Shown: positions 26,274 to 34,192 of the stretch, piece after piece
Numbering within the stretch: position 1 is the stretch's first letter
Layout: each line of letters begins with the position of its first letter
From: an uncultured Clostridia bacterium
GTDB lineage: Bacteria; Bacillota; Clostridia; Oscillospirales; Acutalibacteraceae
Length of the DNA: 34,789 bases
Assembly: GCA_947165115.1 (NCBI GenBank)
Contig: CAMUZD010000001.1
Location: forward strand, 1-34,789
Reading direction: 5' to 3'
Position numbers and translations under genes: made by a program
Notes under the pieces: model-generated
Database searches by the model: none
The model's input: only the letters and a program-made list of their open reading frames with translations
Told to the model about the DNA's origin: nothing

Positions 26274-26418
26274 ATTTGTCTGTTTTTTTGAATTTGCTGA
26301 GAGATGCCGGTGCTTTAGGCTGATAGATAGCGGTACAGGTAGTGCTATTTGCATCTCTTCTTAATGATTTTTCTGCAACAATCTTAACTAACTTTGCAGT
26401 TGTTTTCTTCAAAGTCAA
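26263..26418 (-). CDS. agrD: AgrD-like propeptide, copy 2 (51 aa, TTG start)
   Basis: MTLKKTTAKLVKIVAEKSLRRDANSTTCTAIYQPKAPASLSKFKKTDKSVK; AAAGGAGGGA SD retained, promoter region not retained. Confidence 0.85.
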   Translation of the reverse strand: MTLKKTTAKLVKIVAEKSLRRDANSTTCTAIYQPKAPASLSKFKKTDKSVK

Positions 26419-26469
26419 AATTGTCCCTCCTTTCAATGGAATATTATTTTGTCCAATTAATAGTTTTGT

Positions 26470-27105
26470 TCAGTCAGCATCATCAGAATATTCTGCATTT
26501 AGTTCAATTCTTGTTCTATCAAATGGAATTTCTTTTTTGCAAGCTTCAACAGCTATGTTATATTCATCCGACCTAAATATTTTGTCAAATTTTTCGGCAT
26601 TTAAAATGGAATTGCCAATATTCATTATTTTAATATTCCCGTTTTTACCATATATTCCGGGGGTTCCGTCATGTCTTACGGCACCATAGAAAACACATAT
26701 ATCATTTCCCTCGGGTAAAAAGTCGCCGTCTTCAAGAACAAGTTGTTTTGTTCCCCAATAGTAGCCACCATATTTATGAAACTGAAAGCTTTCGTTTTCT
26801 TTGAGGTTTCCTTTTAAGCACTCTAATACAGTTATGTTCAACAAGGTATATGGAGTTCCAATATTATCTTCAGCAAATTGTTTTTCATACTTTGTTTTAC
26901 TTACACTATTTACTCTTCCAATAAAAACGAAATCAGCTATTCCTGTCATTGCATAAGGATTATCCACATCTATTACATAGTCAACATCCATAATATTCGA
27001 TTTTGCAGTTAAATACATATGATAGAATCCAAAGCCTGTTCCAGTTATTACTGTGGCAAAAAGCAGCAAGCATATTATTATGGTTTTGGTTTTATTCTTT
27101 TTCAT
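26470..27105 (-). CDS. Membrane-anchored hypothetical protein, likely partner of the metalloprotease
   Basis: N-terminal TM helix; ADFVFIGRV ... PYT...VLECLKG ... GG pattern; AAGGTG SD; co-oriented after the protease. Confidence 0.75.
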   Translation of the reverse strand: MKKNKTKTIIICLLLFATVITGTGFGFYHMYLTAKSNIMDVDYVIDVDNPYAMTGIADFVFIGRVNSVSKTKYEKQFAEDNIGTPYTLLNITVLECLKGNLKENESFQFHKYGGYYWGTKQLVLEDGDFLPEGNDICVFYGAVRHDGTPGIYGKNGNIKIMNIGNSILNAEKFDKIFRSDEYNIAVEACKKEIPFDRTRIELNAEYSDDAD

Positions 27106-27138
27106 ACAGTTTTCACCTTCTCATTAATAACTTTATAA

Positions 27139-27666
27139 TTAATAATATGTATATGCGAGATCATAAGATGCTTTATCATCGACTGTTAGTGTAGTGTTTT
27201 CACTTTTGCCCTGTTTCATTACATTGGTTGACAAACTGTAGTTATTCTCACCCAATCCAAGTGCATGACCCAATTCATGCATAACTGTCTTTAATCTGTT
27301 GTTATAGTTCCAGGATGAATTGTTTAAATAATAGCTATTTAATTGTATTCTTGCGGACAAATATTCTGTCTTGCCTGCCCAAATAACATTGCTACTATTT
27401 GTATCTATTATTTTTACATCTTGAATGGTTAATATCGTGTCCGGCCTCAATATGCCCGCTTTATAATTATTCCATTTTTGTACCGCAGTAGTTATATAAC
27501 TTCCATAGCTCGATTGATTTGCATCATAATCACAATGTTTATTTGAATCCACCAAATCAAATCCAGATATTACGGCATTGGCAGCGAAAGCATTAATTGA
27601 AAAAATTGAAAAATATATACATAGCACCATAACAACGGAAAACAGTTCAATTATTTTATTCTTCAT
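27139..27666 (-). CDS. Secreted matrixin-like (metzincin) zinc metalloprotease
   Basis: Signal peptide ending AFA; AVQKWN; HELGHALGLGE; Met-turn NVMKQ; LTVDDK..Y...Y; AGGAG SD. Confidence 0.85.
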   Translation of the reverse strand: MKNKIIELFSVVMVLCIYFSIFSINAFAANAVISGFDLVDSNKHCDYDANQSSYGSYITTAVQKWNNYKAGILRPDTILTIQDVKIIDTNSSNVIWAGKTEYLSARIQLNSYYLNNSSWNYNNRLKTVMHELGHALGLGENNYSLSTNVMKQGKSENTTLTVDDKASYDLAYTYY

Positions 27667-27730
27667 TTGTAAAACTCCTAGTTTAATAGTATCAAAAATC
27701 TAATAATGAAATAGTTGGTTAAATACAATG

Positions 27731-27768
27731 AAACCGACGGCGATATGCTCTGATAAATTACTTAACAA
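27731..27768 (-). pseudogene. agrB: agrB stub (about 12 codons)
   Basis: TTG-start MLSNLSEHIAVG matches the agrB N-terminus MLSKLSERLAVG; homology stops at 27731. Confidence 0.8.
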
Positions 27769-27913
27769 ATTTGTCTGCTTTTTTGAATTTGCTGAGAGAT
27801 GCCGGTGTTTTAGGCTGATAAATAGCAGTGCAAGTTGTGCTGTTCGCATCTCTTCTTAATGTTTTTTCCGCAACGATTTTAACGACCTTTGCAGTTGTTT
27901 TCTTAAAAGTCAT
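27758..27913 (-). CDS. agrD: AgrD-like propeptide, copy 3 (51 aa)
   Basis: MTFKKTTAKVVKIVAEKTLRRDANSTTCTAIYQPKTPASLSKFKKADKFVK; AAAGGAGGGA SD; full promoter region retained. Confidence 0.9.
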   Translation of the reverse strand: MTFKKTTAKVVKIVAEKTLRRDANSTTCTAIYQPKTPASLSKFKKADKFVK

Positions 27914-28129
27914 TATTATCCCTCCTTTCAATGACAGAATAGCAAAATCAATTACACAAAAGCAATAAAACTGTCAAACTGCAATAAAATCGTGCATAAA
28001 TGTAGAATTTCACATCATTTCAAAACAGTTAAAAAATTTTTCTGATTATTCATAATATAACAAAACTGTTCTGTTATGCATTCTGTTAAAACTCCAAAGG
28101 ATAATCTAAAATTATCCGAGGTGATAACA

Positions 28130-28447
28130 ATGAGTAATACCCAAAATCTAATTGGGCTCCGAATTATGCAAAGAAGAAAAGAATTGCGGCTAAGCCAAGA
28201 AAAGCTTGCGGAAAAACTAGGTATATCCAAGAACCATTTATCAAACATTGAACGGGGCAAATATATGCCAACAACAGAATGTATATTCAAGATCTGCAGC
28301 GCGATGGGAAACACTCCGGATTATTATCTGGTCGGCACGCCCACTTCGGAAACCGATGAAATTGTAAATCTGATAAAAACTATGCCAACAAGCAATCAAA
28401 AGAAGATTACCGAATTGCTTCGCTTCTATATTGACAATCTCATTTAG
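28130..28447 (+). CDS. XRE family HTH regulator, copy 2
   Basis: HTH identical to copy 1; differs by F->Y and in the C-terminal segment NLIKTMPTSNQKKIT. Confidence 0.92.
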   Translation: MSNTQNLIGLRIMQRRKELRLSQEKLAEKLGISKNHLSNIERGKYMPTTECIFKICSAMGNTPDYYLVGTPTSETDEIVNLIKTMPTSNQKKITELLRFYIDNLI

Positions 28448-28449
28448 CA

Positions 28450-28508
28450 TTGACTTTATTTGCTCTTGTTGATAAAATAACCTTGCAGTTATTCTGCAAG
28501 GTTATTTT
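28450..28508 (+). promoter_or_regulatory. Sigma-A-type promoter for agrAC, overlapped by a perfect 15-bp inverted repeat
   Basis: TTGACT (28450-28455), 17 nt, TAAAAT (28473-28478) with TG extension; AAAATAACCTTGCAG-TTATT-CTGCAAGGTTATTTT (28474-28508). Confidence 0.7.
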
Positions 28509-28521
28509 TGTAGGTGGTAAT

Positions 28522-29220
28522 ATGAGAATACTGATTTGCGACGACGAACAAAAATATGTAGATGAATTGCAGGTATTTATCGAAAAATATATGCAGAATC
28601 ACTTGTATTCCTATACTTTGACAACTGCAGTCAATCCGCTGAGCATAATTGAATCGGGTGAGGCTTTTGATTTGATTCTGCTTGATATTCAAATGGAGCC
28701 GTTCAACGGTATTTCCGTTGCAAAAGAGCTCAAATCAAGGAATAAAAAAGCGGTAGTATTCTTTATCACTTCATATAACGAATACATTGATGACGCAATG
28801 GATATTCAGGCATTCCGGTACTTTGATAAACCGTTTCAACCCAAAAGACTTTATTCCGGTCTTGATAAGGCAATGGAATATATTGATAACGCTTATGTGG
28901 ATGTCTTTGTCGTCGGTAGCAACGATTCCTGCAGGGTGATTATCGATGACATAAAATACATTAAATATGAAAATCGTAAAACACATATGGTCACAAATCA
29001 CGGAACTTTCATTACAAAACAGCCGTTTTCATATTGGTGTGAAACAATTTCTAATTCGTTCTTCTACAGAGTTCATAAGTCGTTTTTGGTTAATCTTCAT
29101 TTTGTGGATTATTACAGATATAAAGAAATAATACTGTTTGACGGAACTCGTATATCTGTTGCTCCGCGCAGGCAGGCGGATTTTCGTAAATTCTGGTTTT
29201 TATACCTGCAGAAAAGGTGA
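28522..29220 (+). CDS. agrA: LytTR/AgrA-family response regulator
   Basis: MRILICDDE, DLILLDIQM (phospho-Asp), FITSY, YFDKP, FYRVHKSFLVNL; AGGTGG SD supports ATG 28522. Confidence 0.9.
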   Translation: MRILICDDEQKYVDELQVFIEKYMQNHLYSYTLTTAVNPLSIIESGEAFDLILLDIQMEPFNGISVAKELKSRNKKAVVFFITSYNEYIDDAMDIQAFRYFDKPFQPKRLYSGLDKAMEYIDNAYVDVFVVGSNDSCRVIIDDIKYIKYENRKTHMVTNHGTFITKQPFSYWCETISNSFFYRVHKSFLVNLHFVDYYRYKEIILFDGTRISVAPRRQADFRKFWFLYLQKR

Positions 29221-29226
29221 AACTAT

Positions 29227-30510
29227 ATGATTGAATATATCTTTTTGATAGCAGTCACTTTTGTTGAAATGCTCATCTCATATATAGTATTCTCTCATCT
29301 TGCCGATCTTAAGCGTCCATTATGGACCTGTTTCCTTGCAGGAGCATTTATTTTTGAAAGCGCAGTTGCGGTAAATGTGTTTCTTTCAAATAATATATGG
29401 GTAAACGGAATTTATTTTGCGATAATAAATATCGCATTTGCGCTTTTGTTTTTCTATATTTCACCGGTTAAAGCAATATTCTATTCCGTGTTGCTTGATA
29501 TTTTTTCAACGGCTCTTGAATTTGCAACAATCTTTTTATTCTCAATGATTTTTAAGGTTGATATCAGAGAATACAACTCAAGTATTTCCATTCTCATTAT
29601 TGAGGGAACAATAAGTAAAGCGGCATTTTTTATCGTATGTCTGTTGCTTATTAGGTTTATTCATAAAGAAAGTGTAAAATCAAAGTTTCCGAAGAGTTTT
29701 TATATCTACCCGGCTTCCACAATGATTGCTCTTTTGGCATTTTGGAAAATATGTATTGACGATACTTTGTCACCGGTAAGTCAAATACTGTTTTCGGTAA
29801 TCAGCTTGCTTTTATTTATCGCCACTGTAGTGTTGTTCATTACTTATCAGCATCATATAGAAAAAGAAAGCACTTTAATTGCTATGCAGGGTGAATTATC
29901 AAGGTTAAAGACCGAAAAGTCGTATTATGATATTCTTGAGCATCAGGACGAACAACTACTGGCATATGCGCACGATACTAAGAATCATCTATCTGCAATC
30001 AAGAATCTGAATGACAATCCGCTGATAGATGCATATCTTGATGAAATGGCGGAGAATTTGAAAATATACAGGAATGTATGCAGAAGCGGAAACATCACTT
30101 TGGACGTAATTATCAATAAATACATAACAGAATGCAAAATCAAAGGAATTACATTCACGCATGATGTACGAGTATCAAATCTTAAATGTATCGACGATTT
30201 TGATCTTGTAACCATTCTCGGAAATCTTCTCGATAATGCGATAGAAGCAGCAGAGAAGTCGGCGCAGAAAAGTATTTCAATCGAAACCGATTGCAGAAAT
30301 AATTACAGCATAATAATAGTTTCAAACAGTTGCGATTTTGCCCCGAAGTCACGCGGAGATAAACTGCTGACAACTAAAACCGATTCATCCGTTCATGGAA
30401 TAGGTGTGAAAAATGTTGCCAAAGCCGTTAAAAAATATGACGGTGACTTGTCGTGGGAATATGATATAAGTAATAGCACATTTAAAGTTACCATTATGAT
30501 GAAGTATTAG
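29227..30510 (+). CDS. agrC: AgrC-like sensor histidine kinase (multi-TM, GHKL domain)
   Basis: About 6 N-terminal TM helices; AHDTKNHL (H-box), LGNLLDNAIEA (N-box), TTK...HGIGVKNV (G-box). Confidence 0.9.
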   Translation: MIEYIFLIAVTFVEMLISYIVFSHLADLKRPLWTCFLAGAFIFESAVAVNVFLSNNIWVNGIYFAIINIAFALLFFYISPVKAIFYSVLLDIFSTALEFATIFLFSMIFKVDIREYNSSISILIIEGTISKAAFFIVCLLLIRFIHKESVKSKFPKSFYIYPASTMIALLAFWKICIDDTLSPVSQILFSVISLLLFIATVVLFITYQHHIEKESTLIAMQGELSRLKTEKSYYDILEHQDEQLLAYAHDTKNHLSAIKNLNDNPLIDAYLDEMAENLKIYRNVCRSGNITLDVIINKYITECKIKGITFTHDVRVSNLKCIDDFDLVTILGNLLDNAIEAAEKSAQKSISIETDCRNNYSIIIVSNSCDFAPKSRGDKLLTTKTDSSVHGIGVKNVAKAVKKYDGDLSWEYDISNSTFKVTIMMKY

Positions 30511-30535
30511 TTTATAGTAATATATGTTAATAAAA

Positions 30536-30573
30536 CTCCTCAACTAATGTCAGTTGGGGAGCTCTGCTTTTTT
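30536..30573 (+). terminator. Rho-independent terminator after agrC (same palindrome family as 14471-14499)
   Basis: CTCCTCAACT-AATGTC-AGTTGGGGAG followed by CTCTGCTTTTTT. Confidence 0.65.
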
Positions 30574-30632
30574 AGTCCGTATTTTCGGACTTTGTTTTTG
30601 TTAGACTATATAATGGAAGATTAAGAAAGGAA

Positions 30633-33500
30633 GTGATTTCAGTGAAAGATTCGAAAGAGTTTGCCCGTGAGCATTCATACAAAATCCCTATGCTTGATGC
30701 GTCGGTAATCTGTCGTCTTAACGCTTCCGACAGCGGATTGAAACTGTATGAAAGAGTCAAGGACTCAAAAGGAAATGAAAAATACAAACCGAACACTGCT
30801 CTTTTCAGCGGTGCGCTGAAATGCTGCCTTGAAACAGAAAAACTGGAATCGGTATATAAAGAAACATTCAGAGTAAAATCTTTTTGCTCGGTTCATAATG
30901 ATAACAGATATTCCGATGCGTTAATAAGCGTTTCCTTTGATTCAACATATAAAGAATACAATCTGTTCGGCAAGGTTGAAGGATATCACGGCGAAGGCAA
31001 ACTGTATGTAAAAGCCGGTTACTATTATGAAAACAGTAAGGTTATTGATTCAAACGGTAATGAATATGGGATTACAGATAATATCTGCTTAAATGGTGAT
31101 GAAATACTCGCCGTGGTAACAAATATCCCTGTGCAGAAGACTAATCTTCCCGTCGGTTGCCATAATTTCGGATTTGATGCAAAAAATAACTGCTATACAT
31201 TCAGACAGGCAAAAACAATACTGTCTACATCAGATTTGAGAGAGCTGCTCTATGATAATGGATTTACTATGCTCAACGCTAAAGGCAATCCGATTGAATA
31301 TGTCAGGTATAAACGCAGCGCAGGTATGAGCCGCATCGGCAAGTGCTATTTTATCCGTAAAGAGATGTATAAAAAAATGATGGCCTGGAGCGATTTCAGT
31401 CCGGGTAGTTCAAAAATAAATGCGGAACTGAAAGAATACGGTCTAACGCTCATATCGGATCCCGTTGCTCACGAAGCATATACGGCTCTGTCTCTGAGCA
31501 CCATAGAAGATACAGTTGAAATCCCGCTTGACTCAATTCTTTTTATGAGGGATGTAGAAGGATTCTCAACTCCCGATGCAATCAATGTAAAATGCGAAGA
31601 AGGCAAAGTTGTTGCAAAGAGAGAAAGAGTCAACATCTCAAGTATCCTTTGGGACGGTGAAGCTCTGCTGGATGAATCTGTTTTTGAGCAGGCCGGCAGA
31701 AGTAATAAGGGAATGATGCTGCTCCGCAACAGATATTTCAAATCCTGCGCGTTCAATACCAGATTACAGGAATGGTTTAATACAAGTAAGATTAAAGAAG
31801 TTTCTCAGTTAAACGGATTTACTCTCGCTGCCGATATCTCGCAGGTCAAAATGGTAGTAACCGAATCAAGTCTTAAATTTCTGAAGATGTTCGATGGTGA
31901 ATTTGAAGATAAGATCAGATTTTGGGTTGAACATGTCAAAAATAACGGTGGTAATGTATTCGGCATAGTCAAGAGTGAAAAGCCGACAAAGTTTGCCGGC
32001 GGTCAGTATGTAAGAACAAGTTATCAGTTAATCAATACGATAAATATTACAGAGGAAGAAGCGAAAACGCTTGTTGTCCCTGTGAAAGAATTCAAGCGGA
32101 ATCTAAGAAATGATTACCGCTATATGAAGTATTATCTTGATGAATTTCGCTCTGACGATTCCGATGCCGGTTTTAATCCTCTTCTTTATAAGAAGAAAAT
32201 TGTTTCCCGTATTCTCGATAAATATCCGGAATTTGCCGAAACAAAAATGTATTATGGTTTCAGAAATGATATTATCGGAGAAATAAATAATTCGATTAAA
32301 CACGGCAAACTGCTTGTCCGCGGAACAAACGCGGTATTATTCGGAAACGGATTGGATTTACTTATTTCATGCGGCTATAAAGATTATCATCCGTGGAGAC
32401 TGTTTATTGATGATCCTGACTATATATCCGTATACTCATCTTTTTTCAAAGAAAGAGCCAGGATTTTATGTGCCCGCAGTCCGCATATTACTATGGGCAA
32501 TATTATAGTTGCGGATTCAATAAAGGAAGAATATGATCATTATTTCAATCTTACGGATAACATTATCTGTGTAAATGCAATCGGAAGCACGGTCCAGCAT
32601 CGTCTCAACGGCTGTGATTATGATTCCGATGTTATGCTGATATCGGATAACAATGTTCTTTCACAAGCCGCACTGAGAGATTACGGCAGTTTCCCCGTTC
32701 CTTTTAATGGCATAGAATTCGACAAATCCGAAAACAAATCACTTGCCGAAATCGACCGTCTTATCAGTGAAAACAAAATCGGCGAGATAGTCAATCTTTC
32801 TCAAAAGCTGAATACAATCTACTGGTCAATTATCAACACACCCGATATATCCATAATTTCTCCTGAAGAACTGTATGAAGATATCTGTATTCTTGCCGTG
32901 CTTTCCAATACCGAAATTGACAAAGCAAAGCGTATATATAAAGTTGATGTTGATTCCGTGCTTGATGAACTCAAAGCGAAATATCTAGGCATATTCGGCG
33001 AGTATTTTAACGAGCCTGAATTCTGGAGATATATCAATATTTCAAGCGGAAAGCCAAAAAAGCAGGATAAAGACTATGAATGCCGCTCTCCGATGGCATA
33101 TCTCTATAATGAAGCTTGTGCCGATAAAACTCCGAGAAGCAGAAACGGCAAATTCTTCTCCGACTTGCCCGGCATTGATTACAGCAAAATCAAGGGCGTA
33201 AAAAAAGATGAAATAGCAAAGATTCTTGATACAGCAAATAAAACTGCAACGGCGTATAACAGAGCGATAACGAAAATACTCAGTGCCGCCAACAAACACG
33301 GCAGGCACGGGCAAAACAACACCGATGCCAGAATGAGCGATATCGCTGTTATCCTGACATCGGGTATTGAAAGAATATCAAAGTTGTGTAAAACCGAGGC
33401 ACATCGTCTTGCCGTTCTGCGTGAGATTGATAATATGATGCATGTGCAGAAAAGAGCCGAAACTGAGCAGTGGGTGTTGTTGGCTGGAGTGTGGGAATAA
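30633..33500 (+). CDS. YonO-like / RdRP-homologous single-subunit two-barrel RNA polymerase
   Basis: 955 aa; LCARSPH (RSPH at 32475-32486) followed by RLNGCDYDSD (NGCDYDSD at 32607-32630; DxDGD-type metal-binding loop, three Asp kept); also WDGEALLD, RNRYFKSCAF, SYQLINT, IGEIVNLS, EIDKAK in the order I recall for YonO-like proteins; TATAAT at 30609 and AAAGGAAG SD. Confidence 0.78.
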   Translation: MISVKDSKEFAREHSYKIPMLDASVICRLNASDSGLKLYERVKDSKGNEKYKPNTALFSGALKCCLETEKLESVYKETFRVKSFCSVHNDNRYSDALISVSFDSTYKEYNLFGKVEGYHGEGKLYVKAGYYYENSKVIDSNGNEYGITDNICLNGDEILAVVTNIPVQKTNLPVGCHNFGFDAKNNCYTFRQAKTILSTSDLRELLYDNGFTMLNAKGNPIEYVRYKRSAGMSRIGKCYFIRKEMYKKMMAWSDFSPGSSKINAELKEYGLTLISDPVAHEAYTALSLSTIEDTVEIPLDSILFMRDVEGFSTPDAINVKCEEGKVVAKRERVNISSILWDGEALLDESVFEQAGRSNKGMMLLRNRYFKSCAFNTRLQEWFNTSKIKEVSQLNGFTLAADISQVKMVVTESSLKFLKMFDGEFEDKIRFWVEHVKNNGGNVFGIVKSEKPTKFAGGQYVRTSYQLINTINITEEEAKTLVVPVKEFKRNLRNDYRYMKYYLDEFRSDDSDAGFNPLLYKKKIVSRILDKYPEFAETKMYYGFRNDIIGEINNSIKHGKLLVRGTNAVLFGNGLDLLISCGYKDYHPWRLFIDDPDYISVYSSFFKERARILCARSPHITMGNIIVADSIKEEYDHYFNLTDNIICVNAIGSTVQHRLNGCDYDSDVMLISDNNVLSQAALRDYGSFPVPFNGIEFDKSENKSLAEIDRLISENKIGEIVNLSQKLNTIYWSIINTPDISIISPEELYEDICILAVLSNTEIDKAKRIYKVDVDSVLDELKAKYLGIFGEYFNEPEFWRYINISSGKPKKQDKDYECRSPMAYLYNEACADKTPRSRNGKFFSDLPGIDYSKIKGVKKDEIAKILDTANKTATAYNRAITKILSAANKHGRHGQNNTDARMSDIAVILTSGIERISKLCKTEAHRLAVLREIDNMMHVQKRAETEQWVLLAGVWE

Positions 33501-33508
33501 TAAAAGTA

Positions 33509-33554
33509 TTGATTTTTAAGATAATATGTGATATACTACAATCGCAACACATAT
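33509..33554 (+). promoter_or_regulatory. Promoter of the abiE operon with short inverted repeat
   Basis: TTGATT (33509-33514), 17 nt, TATACT (33532-33537) with TG extension; ATATGTG (33524-33530) pairs with CACATAT (33548-33554). Confidence 0.55.
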
Positions 33555-33562
33555 AGGAATTA

Positions 33563-34192
33563 GTGTATATAGAAAGTAGTATAAATATGTCAAAGATTGA
33601 AAAAGCAAAAAGTATTATATTTGCGCACGGAGGAATTGCTAAAACCTCGGACTTTATTGCGGAAGGTTTTTTCAGGTCAGATTTGGGCTGGCTTATATCT
33701 AAAGGTGTAATAGAGCGTGTTCGTCAAGGTTACTATCAGCTTGCTGATAATTATAATATTACTGAAGCGGAGTACATCTCTAAACTCCTCCCTGAAGGAA
33801 TAGTGTGTGTTGAGTCCGCTCTGTTTTATTATGGTTATACCGATTTTACACCTCGCGAATGGTCAATTGCTGTTCCTCGCACGGTTTCATATGCAAAGCT
33901 AAAATCGTTTATTGTTCCTCATAAAATATACTATATTCAACCGGATAATTATGAGTTGGGAAAAACTCAAGCGGATTTCGATGGAATTATCCTTCCGATT
34001 TATGATAAAGAGCGAACAATATGTGACTGCTTTAAATATCGCAACAAGCTGGATAGCGAACTATTTGCCAAAGCAGTCAATGCATATGTTGTTGATAAAG
34101 AGAATAATCTTTCCAATCTCAGCAAATATGCAAAACAGCTTAGGGTCCATAATAAGATGATGAATATGATGGAGGTTTTGCTCAATGGCTGA
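33563..34192 (+). CDS. abiEi: Type IV toxin-antitoxin AbiEi-family antitoxin
   Basis: GVIERVRQGYY (wHTH), GIVCVESALFYYG, YDKERTICDCFKYRN; start may be ATG 33587; overlaps the abiEii start. Confidence 0.88.
   Translation: MYIESSINMSKIEKAKSIIFAHGGIAKTSDFIAEGFFRSDLGWLISKGVIERVRQGYYQLADNYNITEAEYISKLLPEGIVCVESALFYYGYTDFTPREWSIAVPRTVSYAKLKSFIVPHKIYYIQPDNYELGKTQADFDGIILPIYDKERTICDCFKYRNKLDSELFAKAVNAYVVDKENNLSNLSKYAKQLRVHNKMMNMMEVLLNG

Larger units (their letters stand above)
27731..28459 (+). repeat. Direct repeat copy B of the agrD-promoter-xre block
   Basis: Matches 12363-13091 at offset 15368. Confidence 0.95.

Noticed and set aside
28450-28521. TTG start and 24-aa extension of the response regulator
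   Set aside because: Coincides with the -35 box and inverted repeat; the receiver domain and SD indicate ATG 28522.
30574-30591. AGTCCG-N6-CGGACT palindrome upstream of the polymerase as an SOS (LexA) box
   Set aside because: Does not match the Bacillota GAAC-N4-GTTC consensus; it may be another operator, but 6-bp arms are too short to support a call.
30633-33500. 955-aa protein as a reverse transcriptase or viral-type (palm) RdRp
   Set aside because: No YxDD or palm motif set; RSPH plus DxDxD fits the two-barrel polymerases.
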